DNA of 64,000 nucleotides from Candidatus Poribacteria bacterium (GTDB lineage Bacteria; Poribacteria; WGA-4E; PCPOR2b): NCBI GenBank assembly GCA_965215015.1, contig OZ244042.1, positions 960,001 to 1,024,000 of the forward strand, read 5' to 3'. Shown piece by piece: positions 59,110 to 64,000 of this stretch (position 1 is its first letter; each line of letters starts with the position of its first letter). The notes under the pieces were generated by a model. It saw only the letters and a program-made list of their open reading frames with translations, ran no database searches and was not told where the DNA came from. The position numbers and the translations under genes were made by a program.

Positions 59110-60841
59110 ACATCCATTTTTCCCCTTGGCACTGCTATGTATCATCGGACTTATCCTTTTACCAACAATCGGCTTTGCAGCGGCAGGCGGTGATGGACAC
59201 GATGACCATACCGCACATCACGGTGTAGATGGTGCGAAGTTGCCCATTTGGAGTGTCATTCCGTTCATTGGGCTGCTGCTCTCCATTGCAATCATCCCAC
59301 TGATTAATTTTCATTTCTGGGAACACCACTACGGAAAAATCTCATTAGCGTGGATTGTCATTCTCTGCATTCCCTTCCTTATCGGCTACAAAGGCGATGG
59401 ATGGTATGAAATCGTCCATATTGTCCTGCTTGACTATGTTCCTTTCATTATCCTATTGGCTGCGCTTTTCACATGTGCAGGCGGAATTTGTCTGAAAGGC
59501 TCGTTGCGGGGTTCACCCGTCGTAAACACTGTGATGATTGCAATCGGAACCGCCTTGGCAAGCTGGATGGGAACGACCGGGGCAGCAATGTTGCTTATTC
59601 GTCCTCTGTTGCGGGCTAATCAATGGCGTAAGCATCGCGTTCACGTTGTCGTCTTTTTTATATTTCTCGTAGCCAATATCGGTGGTTCATTGACGCCATT
59701 AGGAGACCCGCCACTGTTTCTCGGATTCCTCAAGGGAATTGACTTTTTCTGGACAATGGCACTGCTCCCTGCGATGTTGCCGGTGGCGATTTTGCTGCTG
59801 GTCATATTTTTCATTTTCGACACAGTTCTGTTTAAGAAAGAAGGCACACCTCCGGACGATGGAGAAAAGGAGCCACTCCGCCTTGAAGGCGTTTGGAATT
59901 TTGTGCTAATCGCCGGTATAATCGGTGCGATTTTGTGGTCTAAATCACTCGCTGATGGACCCTTCAAAGATCATTCAATTGGAGAAAAAATGGCTTCGCA
60001 AATCAAAATCTCAGAAAAAAAGATGGACACTGCGAAGGCAACACTGGAAACGTACGTCAAGGCACACGAAAATGACGCAACGATAAAATTTGATGCCTCC
60101 AATCAGGAATACTATGGATTGCGGCAAAACCACCTCCACGCTGTAGCTGAAGTCAACCGCTTGCGCGCCCAAAAGACACACGATGAAAATCGTGGTATCT
60201 CAATCTTCGGTGTAACTGTACCGTATTTTAATTTAGTGAGAGATGGCTTACTGCTCTTGATTGCAATCATTAGCCTATTGTACACGCCAATGTATAAGAC
60301 TGTGAAAGACGAGATCGGACATAATGTTCCCGAACCGAGTCAGTTGGAAACAAATGTCCGTGCGGCAAATGATTTTACATGGGAACCAATCCTCGAGGTC
60401 GCCAAACTGTTTATCGGCATCTTTATTTGCATGATTCCGGCTTTGAAGATTTTGCAGGCGGGCATTGATGGGAGCCTCAGTACCATTGTGCTCGCTGTTC
60501 AGACGACAACAAATGATCCGGTCAATGCGATGTATTTCTGGTTGACAGGTGTACTCTCAAGTTTCCTAGACAACGCCCCGACTTACGTCGTCTTCTTCAA
60601 CACAGCGGGTGGAGACCCAACCTCGCTCATGGGTCCAATGGCACAAACACTGTTAGCAATCAGTTGTGGTGCGGTGTTTATGGGAGCTAACACTTATATC
60701 GGCAACGCACCGAACTTTATGGTCAAAGCAATTGCCGAGGAAAACGGCGTCAGGATGCCAAGCTTCTTCGGATATATGATTTGGTCAGTCGCAATTTTAG
60801 CCCCCGTGTTTGTGGTTGTAACGTTTATGTTTTTTCTGTAA
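59099..60841 (+). CDS. Ion-transporter superfamily (NhaD/ArsB-like) putative Na+/H+ antiporter
   Basis: ASWMGTTGAAML, ANIGGSLTPLGDPPLFLGF, SSFLDNAPTY and GANTYIGNAPNFMV; overlaps the nuoM stop. Confidence 0.88.
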   Translation: MTNKHPFFPLALLCIIGLILLPTIGFAAAGGDGHDDHTAHHGVDGAKLPIWSVIPFIGLLLSIAIIPLINFHFWEHHYGKISLAWIVILCIPFLIGYKGDGWYEIVHIVLLDYVPFIILLAALFTCAGGICLKGSLRGSPVVNTVMIAIGTALASWMGTTGAAMLLIRPLLRANQWRKHRVHVVVFFIFLVANIGGSLTPLGDPPLFLGFLKGIDFFWTMALLPAMLPVAILLLVIFFIFDTVLFKKEGTPPDDGEKEPLRLEGVWNFVLIAGIIGAILWSKSLADGPFKDHSIGEKMASQIKISEKKMDTAKATLETYVKAHENDATIKFDASNQEYYGLRQNHLHAVAEVNRLRAQKTHDENRGISIFGVTVPYFNLVRDGLLLLIAIISLLYTPMYKTVKDEIGHNVPEPSQLETNVRAANDFTWEPILEVAKLFIGIFICMIPALKILQAGIDGSLSTIVLAVQTTTNDPVNAMYFWLTGVLSSFLDNAPTYVVFFNTAGGDPTSLMGPMAQTLLAISCGAVFMGANTYIGNAPNFMVKAIAEENGVRMPSFFGYMIWSVAILAPVFVVVTFMFFL

Positions 60842-60880
60842 GGATGAACCCGCCTGTTCATCTAAGATTGGAGGCTTTGG

Positions 60881-62311
60881 ATGACAATTAACTGGCAACT
60901 GCTGATGCCCGAATTGATTATTATTCTGACCTTTATCCTTGTTGCAATTTTTGACCTGTTCGATTCGATTCAAAAGACATTTACCGCCCTGATCACGATT
61001 GTTGGTTCTACAATCGCCCTATACGTTTCTATTGATATGTTGAGACTCGGCACGGAAGGCACAGAATTCAGCAATATGATTCAGGTGGATAAATATTCCC
61101 TCTTTTTCAATGTCATATTCCTTGTATCAACAATCCTGGTCGTTCTCATTTCAATGAATTACTTAGGGCGTCAAGATAGACGCCAAGGGGAATATTACCT
61201 GCTAATTCTTTTAGCAACGTTGGGCATGATGTTGATGGCTTCGGGCAATGAGTTAATTGTTGTTTCCCTCGGTTTAGAACTCATGTCGTTATCGCTCTAT
61301 GTTCTAGCCGGTTATTTCCGAAGGAGTATGGCGTCAAGCGAAGCCGGAATGAAGTATCTGCTGCTTGGTGCATTTGCAAGTGGATTTTTCCTGTATGGCA
61401 TCGCGTTAATCTACGGAGGCGTAGGGACAACCAGTATCCCTCAAATTGCCTCTGCTTTAACCGTAGATTCAAAGTCACCGCTGCTATTAGCTGGTATGTT
61501 CCTACTTATTGTGGGATTCGGATTTAAGGTGGCACTTGTGCCATTCCATCAGTGGGCACCCGATGTCTATGAAGGTGCACCAACCTCAATTGCTGCGTTC
61601 ATCTCGGCCGGTCCGAAAGCGGCGGGTTTTGCTGCGTTTCTGAGAATCTTTATGGAAGCACTACAGAATATCCAATCTGAATGGATTGTTGTCATTACAA
61701 TCCTTGCTGCACTCACAATGACCATCGGCAACTTGGTTGCCATCGCCCAGCGAAATATCAAGCGTATGCTCGCTTATTCGAGCATTGCCCATGCCGGATA
61801 TGTCTTGGTCGGGTTGGCAGCGGCAAACAAAGATGGGATCTCCAGCGCGATGTTCTACCTGTTCGTTTACTGTATCATGAACATTGGGGCTTTCGGGGCG
61901 GTAATCCTGGCAAGGACAGAAGATGGCGAAAGCCTTACCATTTCTGATTACGCCGGATTGGGGTTCAAAAAACCGCTACTCGCTTTGTTCATGACAGTGA
62001 TGTTGCTATCCCTTGCCGGGTTTCCACCGACAGCAGGATTCGTCGGCAAGTTCTACATTTTCCGATCTGCTGTCGAGGCTGGGCAGATTTGGCTTGTGAT
62101 TATTGGCGCAATTAACACCGCAATCTCTGCATTCTATTATCTCCGTGTTGTTGTCGCGATGTACATGAGAGAACCGGAAGTGGAACTCGATTTTCTCGCT
62201 TATCCACGTATACTTATTATTGCTCTAACCCTTGCGGTAATAGGTGTCGTCCTAATTGGTATTCTGCCATCATATTTTCTAAATCCAGCCCAAATCAGCA
62301 CGTTCCTGTAA
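60881..62311 (+). CDS. nuoN: NADH-quinone oxidoreductase subunit N
   Basis: SSEAGMKY, FKVALVPFHQWAPDVYEGAP, KRMLAYSSIAH and GFPPTAGFVGK. Confidence 0.97.
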   Translation: MTINWQLLMPELIIILTFILVAIFDLFDSIQKTFTALITIVGSTIALYVSIDMLRLGTEGTEFSNMIQVDKYSLFFNVIFLVSTILVVLISMNYLGRQDRRQGEYYLLILLATLGMMLMASGNELIVVSLGLELMSLSLYVLAGYFRRSMASSEAGMKYLLLGAFASGFFLYGIALIYGGVGTTSIPQIASALTVDSKSPLLLAGMFLLIVGFGFKVALVPFHQWAPDVYEGAPTSIAAFISAGPKAAGFAAFLRIFMEALQNIQSEWIVVITILAALTMTIGNLVAIAQRNIKRMLAYSSIAHAGYVLVGLAAANKDGISSAMFYLFVYCIMNIGAFGAVILARTEDGESLTISDYAGLGFKKPLLALFMTVMLLSLAGFPPTAGFVGKFYIFRSAVEAGQIWLVIIGAINTAISAFYYLRVVVAMYMREPEVELDFLAYPRILIIALTLAVIGVVLIGILPSYFLNPAQISTFL

Positions 62312-62329
62312 GGACATGGTAAATTAACA

Positions 62330-62626
62330 ATGACAAAGCTGACACGGGGTAGCGATTGGAATAGTATGGATTTAGCTTCAATTGGCCTCACCCTTGTGCT
62401 CGCAATTGGCATTGGATCCGGATTGGGTTGGTGGATCGGTGGCAAATTGGGGAACCAAACAATCGGCTTAATTATCGGATTTATTGCCGGGACCGCGGCA
62501 GGATTCACCGAGATGTTTCGGGCTGTCTCCCGGTGGAATAAACGTATGGAACGCCAAGAGCAAGTTGAAAACTCTCGGAACGGAGCCAATCGAGAAGCTG
62601 TAAAAGATTCGGAAGAGGATTCATAA
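62330..62626 (+). CDS. AtpZ/AtpI-family small membrane protein (ATPase gene 1)
   Basis: SIG..LV.AI.IG.G.GWW.G pattern, two TM helices, first gene of the atp operon. Confidence 0.8.
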   Translation: MTKLTRGSDWNSMDLASIGLTLVLAIGIGSGLGWWIGGKLGNQTIGLIIGFIAGTAAGFTEMFRAVSRWNKRMERQEQVENSRNGANREAVKDSEEDS

Positions 62627-62627
62627 A

Positions 62628-63047
62628 GTGGTTGCCGGAACCCCCTTTGAAGTGGATGACCGATTTTTACGGCAGATTTATCGTTTAACGACCGCTCTTG
62701 CGCTTGTCGCAACGCCAATCCTTTGGGTGGTATACGGTCTGCCAGCCGGTTTGAGTTTCGCTATCGGCAGTCTTTTGAGTTTGAGCGCAATCTTGTCATT
62801 AGAGTTTATCATCCGCCGCATGATTAAGCTCGGTAGTTCGCCACGGACAAAACGTTGGCTGGGGTTCATTGTGTTAGGAAAATACACAGTCATCTTCGTC
62901 GGATTTTATTTTCTAACGAAAGCAAATTGGCTGAACCCCTACACCCTTGCAGCGGGAGTTGGATTGGTGCAAGTTGTAATCATCCTCAAAGCAATCGCGC
63001 TCATGATAGGTATTCTATCAAAAAACAATACAACAGGAACTAAATGA
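62628..63047 (+). CDS. atpI: ATP synthase protein I
   Basis: Four TM helices directly upstream of, and overlapping, atpB. Confidence 0.75.
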   Translation: MVAGTPFEVDDRFLRQIYRLTTALALVATPILWVVYGLPAGLSFAIGSLLSLSAILSLEFIIRRMIKLGSSPRTKRWLGFIVLGKYTVIFVGFYFLTKANWLNPYTLAAGVGLVQVVIILKAIALMIGILSKNNTTGTK

Positions 63048-63883
63048 AAAAAATTTACACACTATTTTCTATTTTTTTGCTCTCTTTGCTCCCCTATAGT
63101 GTCGGTTTGGCGGCTGAAGACGCACATCGTTCATGGTTAAGCCCAATATCAAGAATCTTACCGGATGATATAGTACCAGAACCGCACCGTTGGCATCAGC
63201 CGGATCTAATCCCTAACGCTTACTTCATAGTGCTGATTATCGCACTGCTTTTCATCATTGCGACGCGCAAGATTAAGCGACTCCCCGAAGGAAAAGGACA
63301 AACACTGCTTGAGTTGTTCGTGGGCGGGCTAATCAATTTTTTCAGCGGAATCTTAGGTGAACATGGAAAGAAATATGTCCCATTTGTCGGATCTTACTTC
63401 ATCTTTATCCTATTCTTAAACTATCTTGGCCTCATACCCGGTTTTCAATCTCCGACAGCAGATTTGAACACGACACTCGCGCTCGGAATCAGCGCATTAA
63501 TCGGGGTTCATATCATTGCGATTAAAGAGAATGGGCTGGTTGGCTATCTGAAACACTTTATTGGTGATCCATGGTGGTTGGGACCTTTGATGTTTCCGCT
63601 ACACGTTATTGGTGAAGTCGCACGCGCCGGTTCTCTGGCGATCCGACTTTTCGGAAATATCTTCGGTGAGGAATCCGTTATTATTAACCTAACCCTGTTG
63701 GGACTTGCAATTCCGGCGATCGCCGGGGTCATCCCATGGATGCCGGTTCAGGTGCCAATGCTGTTTTTCGGATTATTTGGTGGGTTTCTGCAAGCCCTTG
63801 TTTTCTCAATGCTGACATCGATCTACATTGTTACGTTCCTAGAACATCATGATGAGGGACATGGTGCGGAGGCACATCATTGA
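63044..63883 (+). CDS. atpB: F0F1 ATP synthase subunit a
   Basis: PTADLNTT, SLAIRLFGNI and LQALVFSML..IY. Confidence 0.96.
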   Translation: MKKIYTLFSIFLLSLLPYSVGLAAEDAHRSWLSPISRILPDDIVPEPHRWHQPDLIPNAYFIVLIIALLFIIATRKIKRLPEGKGQTLLELFVGGLINFFSGILGEHGKKYVPFVGSYFIFILFLNYLGLIPGFQSPTADLNTTLALGISALIGVHIIAIKENGLVGYLKHFIGDPWWLGPLMFPLHVIGEVARAGSLAIRLFGNIFGEESVIINLTLLGLAIPAIAGVIPWMPVQVPMLFFGLFGGFLQALVFSMLTSIYIVTFLEHHDEGHGAEAHH

Positions 63884-63966
63884 TTGATGGGTGACTTTTG
63901 TTGCTCGTTTATTTATTTTTAGTTTTCTAATCTCAGTTTTGCGTTCAAAATTAAAGGAGGTTTTTC

Positions 63967-64000
63967 ATGATTTATCTCGCAGTTTTAGCTTTTGGGGTGG
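63967..64000 (+). CDS. atpE: F0F1 ATP synthase subunit c, N-terminal 11 codons only
   Basis: AAGGAGG RBS and MIYLAVLAFGV immediately after atpB; call based on gene order only. Confidence 0.6.
   Translation, partial: MIYLAVLAFGV

Overview
Bacterial chromosomal window of about 50% GC. It resembles Candidatus Poribacteria or a similar sponge-associated lineage; this is an inference from the PhyH gene, the TPR-cap proteins and the dense REP/MITE repeats, not a database result. The backbone is housekeeping: purD, pdxJ, gltBD, a divergent citrate synthase-icd-mdh cluster, a frameshifted larC, and a complex I (nuo) operon running straight into the atp operon. The nuo operon lacks nuoI, has a Rex box upstream, and is interrupted by an ABC exporter, a small surface protein and an ion-transporter-family antiporter. 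Accessory defence-type cargo is interleaved with the backbone: (1) a TIR-TPR protein fused to a UPF0175 antitoxin-like domain and overlapping a DUF3368 PIN gene, which is the best candidate for an undescribed system; (2) a tandem pair of DNA methyltransferase-HNH fusion genes; (3) an Eco57I-like methyltransferase island bounded by 51-bp direct repeats of the nuo promoter; (4) decayed toxin-antitoxin fragments (BrnA, MazF, HEPN). No rRNA, tRNA, CRISPR array or intact transposase was recognised. All family calls come from motif reading by eye, and start codons were adjusted using RBS context.
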